The notes beneath the pieces are model-generated. The model saw only the letters and a list, made by a program, of their open reading frames with translations. It was not told where the DNA came from and did no database searches. Below, in pieces: positions 43,446 to 52,871 of a stretch of DNA of 64,000 nucleotides; position 1 is the first letter of the stretch, and the number at the start of each line of letters is the position of its first letter. The position numbers were made by a program, and so were the translations under genes. The stretch spans positions 349,845 through 413,844 of the forward strand of contig CAVXTW010000015.1 in NCBI GenBank assembly GCA_963764695.1. Direction: 5' to 3'. Source of the DNA: an uncultured delta proteobacterium. GTDB lineage: Bacteria; Myxococcota_A; Polyangia; Haliangiales; Haliangiaceae.

Positions 43446-46400
43446 CGATGACTGCGAACAACGAGGCATGCGAGCGCTTCCTGGACGATCTGGCCGCGGT
43501 GGCCGACGGCGACCCGGATGTGCTGGCGCTCCACCTGGATCATCTCGAGCAGTGCGACGCCTGTCGCGATGCGCGCCACGAGGCGACGACCGTGCTGGCC
43601 GCGGTTGCGGCGGCGGGAGATGACTTCGTGGCCCCGGCCGATCTGGAGGCGCGCGTGCTGGCTCACGTCGACGCGCAAGCGGCGACGAGCTCGGCGACGG
43701 CCGAGGCCCCCACAGGCGCGGCGAGCGCCGAGCCGGAGGCAGTGACGGTGCGCGAGGCTCGTGCCCCGAACGGCGCGGCCGGGCCGGCCGATGCTCGCGC
43801 GCATCGTCGCGGACGGCGCGCATGGCTCATGGCCGGCGGCCTCGTCGCCGCGGCCGCCGCCTCGGTCGTCATCGTCGCGCGCGACGACGGCGAGGATTGG
43901 ACGCGCCCGCCGACGGGCGCGTCGGCAAGCTGGACCGGCAAGGTCGCCGTGGTCGACCGCGCCGCCGCCGACAAACGACCCGGCATCGAGGTGCGGCTCG
44001 ACGGCGCCCGCGAGTTCGCACCGGCCGGGCCCGGCGTGATGCTGCTGGCCGGCGCCGCGCTGCGCACCGACGACAGCACCCGCATCGAGCTCGCGCTGAG
44101 CGACGGCACCCGTGTCTATCTCGACCACGCGACCGAGGTCGCGCTCGGGCGCGGCGGCCGCGAGCTCGTGCTTGCGCGCGGCAACCTGGTCGCCGACGTC
44201 GCCCATCTGGATCGCGCACCGAACGCCGTGTTTCGCGCACCGACCGGCCGCGTCGAGGTCCTGGGCACGCGTTTCTCGCTCAGCGCCACCGACGACCACG
44301 CCAGCGTCCGCGTGGTGCGCGGGGCGGTGCGGCTGGTCTCGGATCGCGGCCAGGTCAACGTGCGTCCCGGCGAGGAGGGCACCGCCGGCCGCGTCGGGCC
44401 GCCCGAAGTGGCGGCCGCCGGCGACGTGGTGGCCGCGGTCGGCTGGTCGGAGCTGCTGGCCGCCGGCGAGCCGTCCGACGAGCTGCCGGCCGGCATCGGC
44501 GAGCTGCGCGCCCTCAAGCCGGGCGAGAAGCGCGATCGCGACTGGAAGCTGGCCCTGTCGCGCCACCGGGTGACCGTGCGCATCGCCGGCAACGTGGCGC
44601 GCACCGAGATCGAGGAGACCTTCCAGAACGACAGCCCGACCGCGCTGGAGGGCGTGTACCGCTTCCCGCTGCCGCCCGACGCGCGCATCGAGCGGCTCGC
44701 CCTCGACGTGAACGGCGCCATGGAGGAGGGCGCGTTCGTGGCCAAGGATCGCGCGGCCAGGATCTGGAAGGGCGTCATCCAGAAGGCGGCCCCGCGCAAG
44801 ATCGCGCCGCGCGACGAGATCATCTGGGTGCCGGGCCCGTGGCGCGATCCGGCGCTGCTCGAGTGGCAGCAGGGCGGTCGCTTCGAGCTGCGCATCTTCC
44901 CGATCCCGGCCCGCGGCGCGCGCACCATCCAGCTGGCCTACACGCAGATCCTCGAGCCGCAGGGCGCCGGCTCCGAGCGGCGCTACGTCTATCCGCTGCC
45001 GCACCACGACGGTGCGAGCGCGGCCCGGGTCTTCGACATCGATGTCCGCCTGAGCGGCGCCGACGCCTCGCGCGAGCCGCGCGTCGCCAGCTACCCGGTC
45101 GAGCAGCGCCGCGAGGGAGACGCGCACCGGTTCACGATGCACGCGAACGACTTCCGCCCGCGCGGCGACTTCGCCGTCGAGTACGCCCTGCCCGACAGCG
45201 CGGCCGAGCTGCGCGCCTGGAGCTTCGCCGGCGCGGCGGCGGCCGCTCCGACGGTGGCGGCGTCGCGTCGCGGCGGCGGCGATCCGGCCGTTGTCGCGGC
45301 CCAGCGCGAGATCGCGGCCGACGCGCGGCCGACAGCGCTCGTGGCCCTGCGCCCGCGCCTGCCCCGCTGGACCGAGAGCCGCGCGCGCGACATCGTGCTC
45401 GTGGTCGACAGCAGCCAGTCGATGGTGGGCGAGCGGTCCGCGCGCGCCCGCAAGCTGGTGACCGCGCTGGTCGGCGAGATGGACCGGCGCGACCGCTTCG
45501 CGCTGCTGGCCTGCGACGTGGACTGCCGCGCGTTCGCACCCGAGGCGCAGCCACCGTCGGCGGCGGCCGCGAAGCGCGTCGGCGAGTGGCTGGGCCAGGT
45601 GCAGCCGGCCGGCGCATCGGATCTCATCGGCGCGCTCGAGCGGGCTGCCCGCCTGCGCGGAGCGCGCGAGGCGTGGATCATCTACATCGGCGACGGAGCG
45701 GCCACCACCGGCTACCGGCGCCAGTCGGATCTGAAGGCCGAGGCGGCCGCGCTGGCCGGGCGCGAGCGCGTCTCGATCAGCACCGTCGGGATCGGCGGCG
45801 ACGCCGACACCAGCGCGCTGGCCACCGTCGCGCGTGCCGGCCACGGCTTCTTCACCCCGTACGCGCCCGGCCAGCGGGCCGAGCTGGCCGCCCTGTCGGT
45901 GCTCGAGACCACCTTCGGCGTGGCGCTTGTCAACCCGGTCGTCGAGCTGCCGCCCGGGCTCGAGGATGTCAGCCCGGCCGAGCTGCCCACCCTGCGCGCG
46001 GGCCAGGAGCTGCTGGTCGCCGCGCGCATGACCGGTCCGGTCCGCGGCCACGTCGTCCTGCGCGGCACCGTCGGTGGCAAGCCGTACCGCAACCGCTTCC
46101 CGATCGCGCTGGAGCCGAGCGCGGCGCGAGGCAACGCGTTCGTGCCGCGCGTGTGGGCGGCGCTGACAATCGAGCGCATGGAGCTGGACGGCGCCGACCA
46201 GGCCCGCATCGTGGCCATGTCGCAGGCCTACGGCGTGCTGTCGCGCCACACGTCGCTGCTCGTGCTCGAGAGCCCGGCCATGTTCCGCGCCTTCGGCGTG
46301 GACCGCAGCCGGCCGGCGCTCGAGTGGAGCGGCGACGAGGCGGCCGAGGCGGTCGAGTCGACGGGCGAGGTCCGCCACGACGCCACGACGCGCAGGCCGC

Positions 46401-47545
46401 GCCTGGCCAGCAGCGGCTACGGGAGAGGCGCGGGCGGCATGGCCGGTGCCGCCGACAAGGGTGCCGACGTGGTGGGCGGAATCGCCGCGGCGGGCGAGGC
46501 CGCCGCCGAGGACGAGAGCCTGGACGTGAAGGCGAAGAACATCGAGGCCCGGGAGCAGCCGAACAAGGCACCCGTCGTCCAGGCGCCGATGCAGCGGGCC
46601 AGGCGAATGATCCCGATGCGGCGCGAGTGGTTCCGCACCGGCGAGGTCGGCGCCTTCGATCGCTTGTCGAGCCGCATGCTGGACGCGGTGGCGCGGGCAG
46701 ATAGCGCGCACCGGCTCGAGCCAGACAGCCGCGAACGACACCGGGCCCTGGTCCAGGCGCTGGCCTACGCCGGCGATCTCGAGCGCGCGTTCCAGTCCGC
46801 GTCGCGCTGGCTCGAGCGCGACCGCATGGATCCGGAGGCGCTGGTCTACATGGCCGACCTGCTCGGCCGCCAGGGCCGCCGCGCCGACGCGGTGCGCCTG
46901 CTCTCCGGCGTCGTCAACCTCGAGCCGGACCGCCGCGATCTTCACCTGCGCCTGGCCGAGGCCTACGACCGGATCGGCGCCGACGACCGGGCCTGCTCGC
47001 ACCGCGTCGCCCTCGCCGCCCTGGCGCCGGCCGACGCTGCCACGCTCGGCGGGGCGCTCCGCTGCCAGCGGCTGACCGGCCGCGGCGAATCGGCCGATCG
47101 CATGCTGCGCGGCATCGCCGACGCCGGACTGCGCGCCCGGGTCGAGACCACGTCCGCCCTGCCGCCGAGCGGCGAGCGCGCCGCCGGCGACCTGATCGTC
47201 GACGCCAGCTGGGAGGCTCCTGTCGATCTCGACGTCTCGCTGGTGGCGCCGGACGGAAAGCGCATCTCGTGGCTGGGCGGCCGCACCGGCGTCGCGGTCG
47301 AGCGCGCGGGCGAGGCCGGCCGCGAGCGCCTCGGCCTTCGCCGCCTGCGCGCCGGCAACTACCTGGTCGAGGTCGCGCGCAGCGATCCGTCCGATCGCTC
47401 CCCGGTGCGCGGACAGCTGGCCATTCGCGCCCTGCGCGCCCGCGGCAGCCTGCCCTTCCTCCTCACCGGCGACCGCGCGGTGGTCGGCCGCGTCACCGTG
47501 ACCCGCGAGTCGCGGCTGGTGCCCCTGAGTCCGACGCCGTTCTAG
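43442..47545 (+). CDS. giant anti-sigma factor: N-terminal zinc-finger anti-sigma domain, TM, FecR-like domain, VIT domain, von Willebrand A domain, TPR-like C-terminal region (1,367 aa)
   Basis: HLDHLEQCDACRD (HxxxCxxC). TM …WLMAGGLVAAAAASVVIV. FecR-like TRVYLDHATEV…LARGNLVADV. VIT-like SRHRVTVRIAGNVARTEIEETFQN. vWA MIDAS-like DIVLVVDSSQSM. Helical repeats at the end. Confidence 0.7.
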   Translation: MTMTANNEACERFLDDLAAVADGDPDVLALHLDHLEQCDACRDARHEATTVLAAVAAAGDDFVAPADLEARVLAHVDAQAATSSATAEAPTGAASAEPEAVTVREARAPNGAAGPADARAHRRGRRAWLMAGGLVAAAAASVVIVARDDGEDWTRPPTGASASWTGKVAVVDRAAADKRPGIEVRLDGAREFAPAGPGVMLLAGAALRTDDSTRIELALSDGTRVYLDHATEVALGRGGRELVLARGNLVADVAHLDRAPNAVFRAPTGRVEVLGTRFSLSATDDHASVRVVRGAVRLVSDRGQVNVRPGEEGTAGRVGPPEVAAAGDVVAAVGWSELLAAGEPSDELPAGIGELRALKPGEKRDRDWKLALSRHRVTVRIAGNVARTEIEETFQNDSPTALEGVYRFPLPPDARIERLALDVNGAMEEGAFVAKDRAARIWKGVIQKAAPRKIAPRDEIIWVPGPWRDPALLEWQQGGRFELRIFPIPARGARTIQLAYTQILEPQGAGSERRYVYPLPHHDGASAARVFDIDVRLSGADASREPRVASYPVEQRREGDAHRFTMHANDFRPRGDFAVEYALPDSAAELRAWSFAGAAAAAPTVAASRRGGGDPAVVAAQREIAADARPTALVALRPRLPRWTESRARDIVLVVDSSQSMVGERSARARKLVTALVGEMDRRDRFALLACDVDCRAFAPEAQPPSAAAAKRVGEWLGQVQPAGASDLIGALERAARLRGAREAWIIYIGDGAATTGYRRQSDLKAEAAALAGRERVSISTVGIGGDADTSALATVARAGHGFFTPYAPGQRAELAALSVLETTFGVALVNPVVELPPGLEDVSPAELPTLRAGQELLVAARMTGPVRGHVVLRGTVGGKPYRNRFPIALEPSAARGNAFVPRVWAALTIERMELDGADQARIVAMSQAYGVLSRHTSLLVLESPAMFRAFGVDRSRPALEWSGDEAAEAVESTGEVRHDATTRRPRLASSGYGRGAGGMAGAADKGADVVGGIAAAGEAAAEDESLDVKAKNIEAREQPNKAPVVQAPMQRARRMIPMRREWFRTGEVGAFDRLSSRMLDAVARADSAHRLEPDSRERHRALVQALAYAGDLERAFQSASRWLERDRMDPEALVYMADLLGRQGRRADAVRLLSGVVNLEPDRRDLHLRLAEAYDRIGADDRACSHRVALAALAPADAATLGGALRCQRLTGRGESADRMLRGIADAGLRARVETTSALPPSGERAAGDLIVDASWEAPVDLDVSLVAPDGKRISWLGGRTGVAVERAGEAGRERLGLRRLRAGNYLVEVARSDPSDRSPVRGQLAIRALRARGSLPFLLTGDRAVVGRVTVTRESRLVPLSPTPF

Positions 47546-49413
47546 CGCCGGGCCGGGTCGCCGCCGGCGGCGTCGCCGAGCACGGTCTCGGCGTGCTCGG
47601 GAAGCGACGGCAGCTCGTCGGCGATCCAGCGGGCGATGATCTTGTCGCTGACCCAGACGCCGTGCCGCTCGACAACCGCGGCCAGGGCCAGCTCCAGCTC
47701 CTCGCAGGTGGCGAAGCGACTGTCCGGCTCGAAGGCCATGGCGCGGAACACGATCGCATCCAGCTCGGCCGGCAGCTCCGGCCGCACCGTCGACGGCGGC
47801 GGCAGGTGCGGCCAGCCGTCGCGGCCAAGATGCGCGAGCATCGCGAAGTCGAGGTTGATGACCCGCCCGGTCAGGAGCTCGTAGCAGATGGCGCCGACCG
47901 CGTAGATGTCGGCGCGCCGGTCGACGTCCTGACCGACTCGCTGCTCCGGTGACATGTACGCCGCGGTTCCCTTGATCTCGCCGACCTCGGTCCTGACCTG
48001 GCGGGTGGGCCCCGCGGCCTTGGCGATGCCGAAGTCGCCGACCTTGACCGCGCCGGTGCGCGCGACGAACACGTTCGCGCTCTTGACGTCGCGATGGACC
48101 AGATGGAGCGCCTCGCCGCGCGCGTCGACGGCGGTGTGGGCGTAATGCAGCCCGTCGCAGATGTGGCGAACGATCGCCAGGCCCACGCCGATCGGTATCT
48201 GCGCCTGGCGTCGGGCCACGCTGTGCATCAGGCGCTCGAGGTCGGCGCCGTCGACGAACTCCATGGCGATGACGTACTTGCCGTCCTCCTGGCCGAGATC
48301 GGTGATGGCGATGATGTTCGGGTGGCTCAGGTTCGAGGCCAGGCGCGCCTCGTCGAGGAAGTGATTCACGAACTTCGGATTGGCCGCCATGTCCTCGAGG
48401 ATCACCTTGAGCGCCACGAGTCGCTCGAAGCCGGCCTCGCCCTGGGCCCGCGCCAGGTACACGTCCGCCATCCCGCCGCTGCCCAGCCGCCGGATCACCG
48501 AGTAGCGTCCGATGCGGAAGCTCTCCGGCAGCGCCGTGCGCTGGGAGGCCGCGAACTCGGCGATCGGCGGCAGCGGATGAGTCGGGGCGCGCAGCACCTC
48601 CTGCACCGTCGGGTTCGTGCGGGGGCGGCGCCAGAAGAGAGTTGCCACGACAAGTCCCAGCGCGCCGAGCGCGATCCCGAGGACCAGCAGGCCGGGGTTC
48701 CAGCCGCCCGCCATGCGCCCGGGCGCGACCAGCCGCGCGCCCTGACTCGCCTCGCTCGTCAGCGGGACCGAGATGGCACCGCTGCCCTCGGCCGGCGGCC
48801 CACCTATCTGAAGGTCGCCGGCGTTGGTCTCGAGCCGGATGCCACCGCCGACCGGCTCCAGCAGCGCGCCCGGCAGCTTCAAATCGACGACGCGCGACAC
48901 CGCCACCGCGCCGGAGAGCTCGGTGGCGCGCTCGCGCGGGTCGACCTGGACCACCGCGGCCACGCGCAGCGTGTCGCCGTCCACCGCCAGGTGCATGCCC
49001 GGCGACGCCAGCGGCACCGCGACCTTCGACCCGGCGGGCAGACGAAGGAGCGACGTCGGCTCGCCGCCGCCTCGCGGCACCTGGGCGATCTCGATGGTCT
49101 CCTCGGGGCGCGGCCGGAATGCCAGCTCCTCGGTGGTGAGATCGCGGACCGTGGCTGCGTCGGTGGCGACCGCCAGCGCGAGGCGCGGCAGCTCGGCCAG
49201 GGTCTGCGCCCGCGACCGCGTCTCTGCCACGCGCTCGCGCAGGCGCGCGTCGATCTCGGCCGCGATGCGGGCCACGTCGGCGCGGGTCGGGCCGGTCTCG
49301 GGGACGCGGGCCACGGCGATCAGCGCGCCGGCCGCTGCCGCCCCCAGCGCCATCACCACGAGGCTCGCGGTTCGACGTCCTGTTCGCGCGGCAGACATGT
49401 CGGCCAGGAGCAT
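47542..49413 (-). CDS. Ser/Thr protein kinase with N-terminal extracytoplasmic sensor region flanked by two TM segments
   Basis: Kinase motifs LGSGGMADVY, VALK, HRDVKSANVFV, DFGIAK, SPEQ in the C-terminal half. N-terminal TM (ASLVVMALGAAAAGALIAV) and second TM (GLLVLGIALGALGLVVATLFW). Confidence 0.8.
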   Translation of the reverse strand: MLLADMSAARTGRRTASLVVMALGAAAAGALIAVARVPETGPTRADVARIAAEIDARLRERVAETRSRAQTLAELPRLALAVATDAATVRDLTTEELAFRPRPEETIEIAQVPRGGGEPTSLLRLPAGSKVAVPLASPGMHLAVDGDTLRVAAVVQVDPRERATELSGAVAVSRVVDLKLPGALLEPVGGGIRLETNAGDLQIGGPPAEGSGAISVPLTSEASQGARLVAPGRMAGGWNPGLLVLGIALGALGLVVATLFWRRPRTNPTVQEVLRAPTHPLPPIAEFAASQRTALPESFRIGRYSVIRRLGSGGMADVYLARAQGEAGFERLVALKVILEDMAANPKFVNHFLDEARLASNLSHPNIIAITDLGQEDGKYVIAMEFVDGADLERLMHSVARRQAQIPIGVGLAIVRHICDGLHYAHTAVDARGEALHLVHRDVKSANVFVARTGAVKVGDFGIAKAAGPTRQVRTEVGEIKGTAAYMSPEQRVGQDVDRRADIYAVGAICYELLTGRVINLDFAMLAHLGRDGWPHLPPPSTVRPELPAELDAIVFRAMAFEPDSRFATCEELELALAAVVERHGVWVSDKIIARWIADELPSLPEHAETVLGDAAGGDPARR

Positions 49414-49456
49414 AGCCTCGGGAGGCCGCCCTGGCTTCCCTCGGCCTGTTGTTGCG

Positions 49457-50888
49457 CTACTTGCGGGCCCCCCGGGGCGACCCGAACTTGTCCGGCTGCG
49501 GGCCCGGCGTCACGCCGCCGGCGGCGTCGATCAGGATGTCGTTTCGCGCCCGGCTTGATCTCGATGCGCTTGCTGACCGGCTCGGCGCTGCGCTCGGTCC
49601 AGGCGCGCAGCGTGTACGTCCCGGGCCGCAGCCTGTGGAACTTGAAGGCGCCCTTTTCATCGGTGACCACGTAGTGCGGAGCGCCGACCACGACGATCGA
49701 CGTGGACATGTTCGCGTGCAGGTTGCAGCCGATCCTGACGATGCCCTCGCGGTCGAAGCGCACCTCGCGCGACTGCCCGTTCTTGAAGATGCCGAGGTCG
49801 AACGGCCGCGCGTCGGAGCGCGAGAACACGTTGTGGTAGATCGCGTCGAAGTTGGGGAACGCGACGGTCGAGCCGACCGACACCGCGGCCAGGCGCGGCG
49901 CGAAGGCGCGGCCGCGCTGCTCGATCACGTGCGGCTTGGCGACCCGCTTGCGGTACTTGCCGCGCACCGGCGTCAGCATCACGACGCCGAACGCGTCGTC
50001 CACGTCCGCGCCGTCCAGGCGCAGCCGGCCGGACAGCTGCGAGCGCGCCGGCTTGCCGGACGGGTCGTCCTCGTCCGAGCCGCCGATAGCCCCCTTGGGC
50101 TGCGGCTCGCTACCCTCCGGCGCCTTCTCGAGCGCGGTGGCGATGCGCGGCGGCGCGCCGGTGCGAAACAGCGGCGCCAGCTCTGCCACCGCCGACGGGC
50201 TGGTCCACAGCTCGACCATGCTGAACAGCTGATCCGCATACGAGCGCTGGCCGCGGCGCAGCGCCGTGAAGGCCGCCCCCATGATCTCGGCGTGCTTGCC
50301 GAAGCGCTTCAGGTCGCGGCTCGCGGCGTCGATGCGCTCCAGCTCGTCGCCCGACGGCTTCTCGTCCGGCGGGATCACGATGTCCTGGCGGGTCGCGCCG
50401 ATGGCGCCGAGCACCTCGTGCCGCTCGGCGACACCGACCTTGAACTTGTCGAGCGACCCGACCAGCGCCTCGACCGTGGCGTCCCATTCCTCGTCGACGA
50501 TCTGCATCTGCACGTGCAGTCCGCGCATCGGGCGCCCGCCGTACTTGCACGGACCGCCCGACGCCGCGCACACGAAGTCGATCAGCTGGGTCGTCAGCTC
50601 ATCGATGTCGCTGTTGGCGAAGCGATACTTGACCCGCACATCACCGGCCAGCCGCGTGACGAACTCGCCGACGACAGCCTCGATGGCCGGCTTTCCGCCG
50701 AGGCGCTCGTACAAGCTTTTTGGTGGCCCGGTCGGCTTCTTCTTCTTCTCGGCGCGCGCAGCCCGCTTCGGCGCAGCCGGCTCCGGGTCAGGTGTGGATG
50801 CGCCGCACGCGACGACCGCAACCAGCGCGGCCGCGCACGCGAGACGAACGATATTGCGGATGACAGCAGTCCCGCTCTTCAGTCGCAT
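49457..50888 (-). CDS. lipoprotein with N-terminal truncated-hemoglobin (2/2 globin) domain and C-terminal carboxypeptidase-regulatory-like beta-sandwich; +1 frameshift near nt 49543
   Basis: Lipobox RLACAAALVAVVACG. trHb signature LYERLGGKPAIEAVVGEFVTRL…GGPCKYGGRPMRGLHVQM. CarboxypepD_reg-like …PGTYTLRAW…. Listed ORF 49353..51218 changes frame at ggcgcgAAAcgac; corrected reading ends …ILIDAAGGVTPGPQPDKFGSPRGARK* at 49457. Confidence 0.6.
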
Positions 50889-51507
50889 TCTCCCCTTCTC
50901 CCGCGGCGGATTGTCGCCCGCAGCGCTCGGGTGGGCAAGCACGGCCCCCACGCCCATACGCCGCCCGCGCCAGTTCGGATTTCGGAGGCTCATCTGCCAC
51001 ACGTTTTTCGGACCGTTCGATAGATTGTTGCGGCGCGAGCCCCCATCGCGCAAACTGTCGCGAGGCGACCCGTGCTCGTCCGGCCAGCGGCCGAGCGCAG
51101 TGAGGGAGGCCACGAGCGACTCGTGAGCGAGTCCGGTCAAGCGGGCGAGGTACGCCTGTGGCCGCGCGTCGCTCCGGTGGGGGGTCGCGCGGGACGGGCT
51201 AGCCGATCGCGAGGTCACTCCGCCAGACGCGTCGCCGTCCGTCCGGCGAGGGGAGCTTCCTGTCGCTGCTGTGGTTCCTGCATCGCCGCGCGCCCGACCC
51301 GGTCACCGCGCCGCTGGGCGATCGCTGGATCGACCGCAACCGCGACGCGGGCAGCGCGGCGACGACCACCGTGGGGCCCGATCGTGGATAGACCGGCCGC
51401 GACGGCGCCCAACGACGGCCCGGGCGGGCTACAGGACCGGCGTGCGGACCGCATCACCGCGTCGTGTCGCTCCCCTGGCCTGCTGTCCCGCCCGGCCTGC
51501 GAGTAGG

Positions 51508-51665
51508 AGGGGCCGAGCTCTGTCCGGGCGGAGTTGCCGCCAGACCCGCCCGGCCTGTGAGGCAGTGACGACCGAGCTCTGTCCGGACGGAGTTGCCGCC
51601 AGACCCGCCCGGCCTGCCAGGCAGTGAGGACCGAGCTCTGTCCGGACGCAGTTGCGGCCAAGCCT
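51508..51665. repeat. ~2.7 tandem copies of a ~58-bp repeat with core CTCTGTCCGGACGGAGTTGC
   Basis: gagctctgtccgggcggagttgccgccagacccgcccggcctgtgaggcagtgacgacc repeated at ~51515, ~51574, ~51632. Confidence 0.55.
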
Positions 51666-51807
51666 GGTGCAGGACGGGCTCTTCCGGGTCGACTACCGGG
51701 GTCATCCACGCGGAATCGCGGGAGTCCCTGGGGTCGGATCGGGGCCTGATTGGCGCGGATCAGCCTCCGACCGGGTTGTCTGGACGGAAAGGCTTGACCC
51801 GGACCCG

Positions 51808-51827
51808 CGGAATGAATATTCATTCCG
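51808..51827. promoter_or_regulatory. perfect 20-bp palindrome CGGAATGAAT|ATTCATTCCG; putative TetR operator ~100 bp upstream of the tetR-family gene
   Basis: Exact inverted repeat. Half-site GGAATGAA shared with the second site at 52569-52586. Confidence 0.5.
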
Positions 51828-51926
51828 TCGCCTCCTTCGGAGGCTCCGGGGAGCTCCAAGGTCGCTCCCCGAGCCACGGTCCTCGAATCGATCAGGCCGA
51901 ACCCCGAAGATGGTCCGCCGAAGCCG

Positions 51927-52514
51927 ATGACCCCGGTCCCCGCCCGCGCCGACGAAGCAGACAAGCGCTCCGCGATCCTCGCGGCGGCGCTCGCGCTCTT
52001 CGTGGAGCGCGGCTACTACGGGACGGCCGTGCCGGCGGTAGCGATGCGTGCGGGCGTCGGCGCCGGAACGATCTACCGCTACTTCAGGAACAAGGAAGAC
52101 CTGGTCAACGAGCTGTATCGCGAGTGCAAGACCTCGCTGACGACCCACGTCCTGCTGGGCCTCGATCCGGACGCGCCCCCGCGCGAGCAGTTCCATGAGC
52201 TGTGGAGCCGGCTGGCGGACTTCTACCGCAAGAACCCCAACGTCTTCTCGTTCCTCGAGCTCCATCACCACGCGTCGTACCTGGATCAGCTCAGCCGCGA
52301 CATGGAGCAGCGCGTGCTCGACCTGGCCACATCGTTCGTGGTCAAGCTGCAGGCCGCCAAGGTCTTCAAGCCAGTCCGAGCCGACGTGCTGATGACCATC
52401 GTGTACTGGTCCTTCGTCGGCCTCGGCCGCAGCGAGCAGGAAGGCCGCCTCGTCCTCAGCGACGAGAATCTGGCCGCGGCCGAGCAGTGCGTCTGGGAGG
52501 CCATCCGCTACTGA
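51927..52514 (+). CDS. TetR/AcrR-family transcriptional regulator
   Basis: HTH ILAAALALFVERGYYGTAVPAVAMRAGVGAGTIYRYFRNKEDLVNELY. Confidence 0.85.
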   Translation: MTPVPARADEADKRSAILAAALALFVERGYYGTAVPAVAMRAGVGAGTIYRYFRNKEDLVNELYRECKTSLTTHVLLGLDPDAPPREQFHELWSRLADFYRKNPNVFSFLELHHHASYLDQLSRDMEQRVLDLATSFVVKLQAAKVFKPVRADVLMTIVYWSFVGLGRSEQEGRLVLSDENLAAAEQCVWEAIRY

Positions 52515-52568
52515 CCGCCTCCCCGCCCTCCACGGGCACCCGCCCGGCGGCTTCGCACGCCCACCCGC

Positions 52569-52586
52569 GGAATGAACGTTCATTCC
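52569..52586. promoter_or_regulatory. perfect 18-bp palindrome GGAATGAAC|GTTCATTCC; second putative TetR operator between tetR and the downstream SDR gene
   Basis: Exact inverted repeat with the same half-site as 51808-51827. Confidence 0.5.
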
Positions 52587-52679
52587 CCGACCCGGCCGAG
52601 TCCCCGCCTCGAAGCGGGCGCCAACGCCTCCATCCCCTGGTCTCCGCCCATCGCGCCCCCTCCCCCGACGCCTTCGCTC

Positions 52680-52830
52680 CCAACTCCATCCGGACCGAGC
52701 ACTCCATCCCTCGCTCCAGCTCCGTCCGGACCGAGCCCTCCACCCAATCCTTCGCCCGCAACTCCGTCCGACCGAGCACCCCCTCAGCCCTTCGCTCGCA
52801 CTCCGTCCGGACCGAGCTCATCCCCCTCAA
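52680..52830. repeat. 4 tandem ~38-bp repeats with core CTCCGTCCGGACCGAGC (inverted orientation of the 51508-51665 repeat core)
   Basis: Copies at ~52691, 52727, 52770, 52806. Core is the reverse complement (1 mismatch) of ctctgtccggacggag. Confidence 0.5.
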
Positions 52831-52871
52831 GCCCTCTCTCGTCCCGTCTGCCGTTGCAACAGGAGCATGTC

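Noticed and set aside
43313-47002. 1,229-aa minus-strand ORF
   Set aside because: Antisense shadow of the anti-sigma gene. Low-complexity R/A/G-rich translation.
52572-52871. Pro/Ser-rich N-terminal extension (PTPSLPTPSGPSTPS…) of the SDR ORF
   Set aside because: It is the translation of the 38-bp tandem DNA repeats. The real start is the RBS-preceded ATG at 52872.
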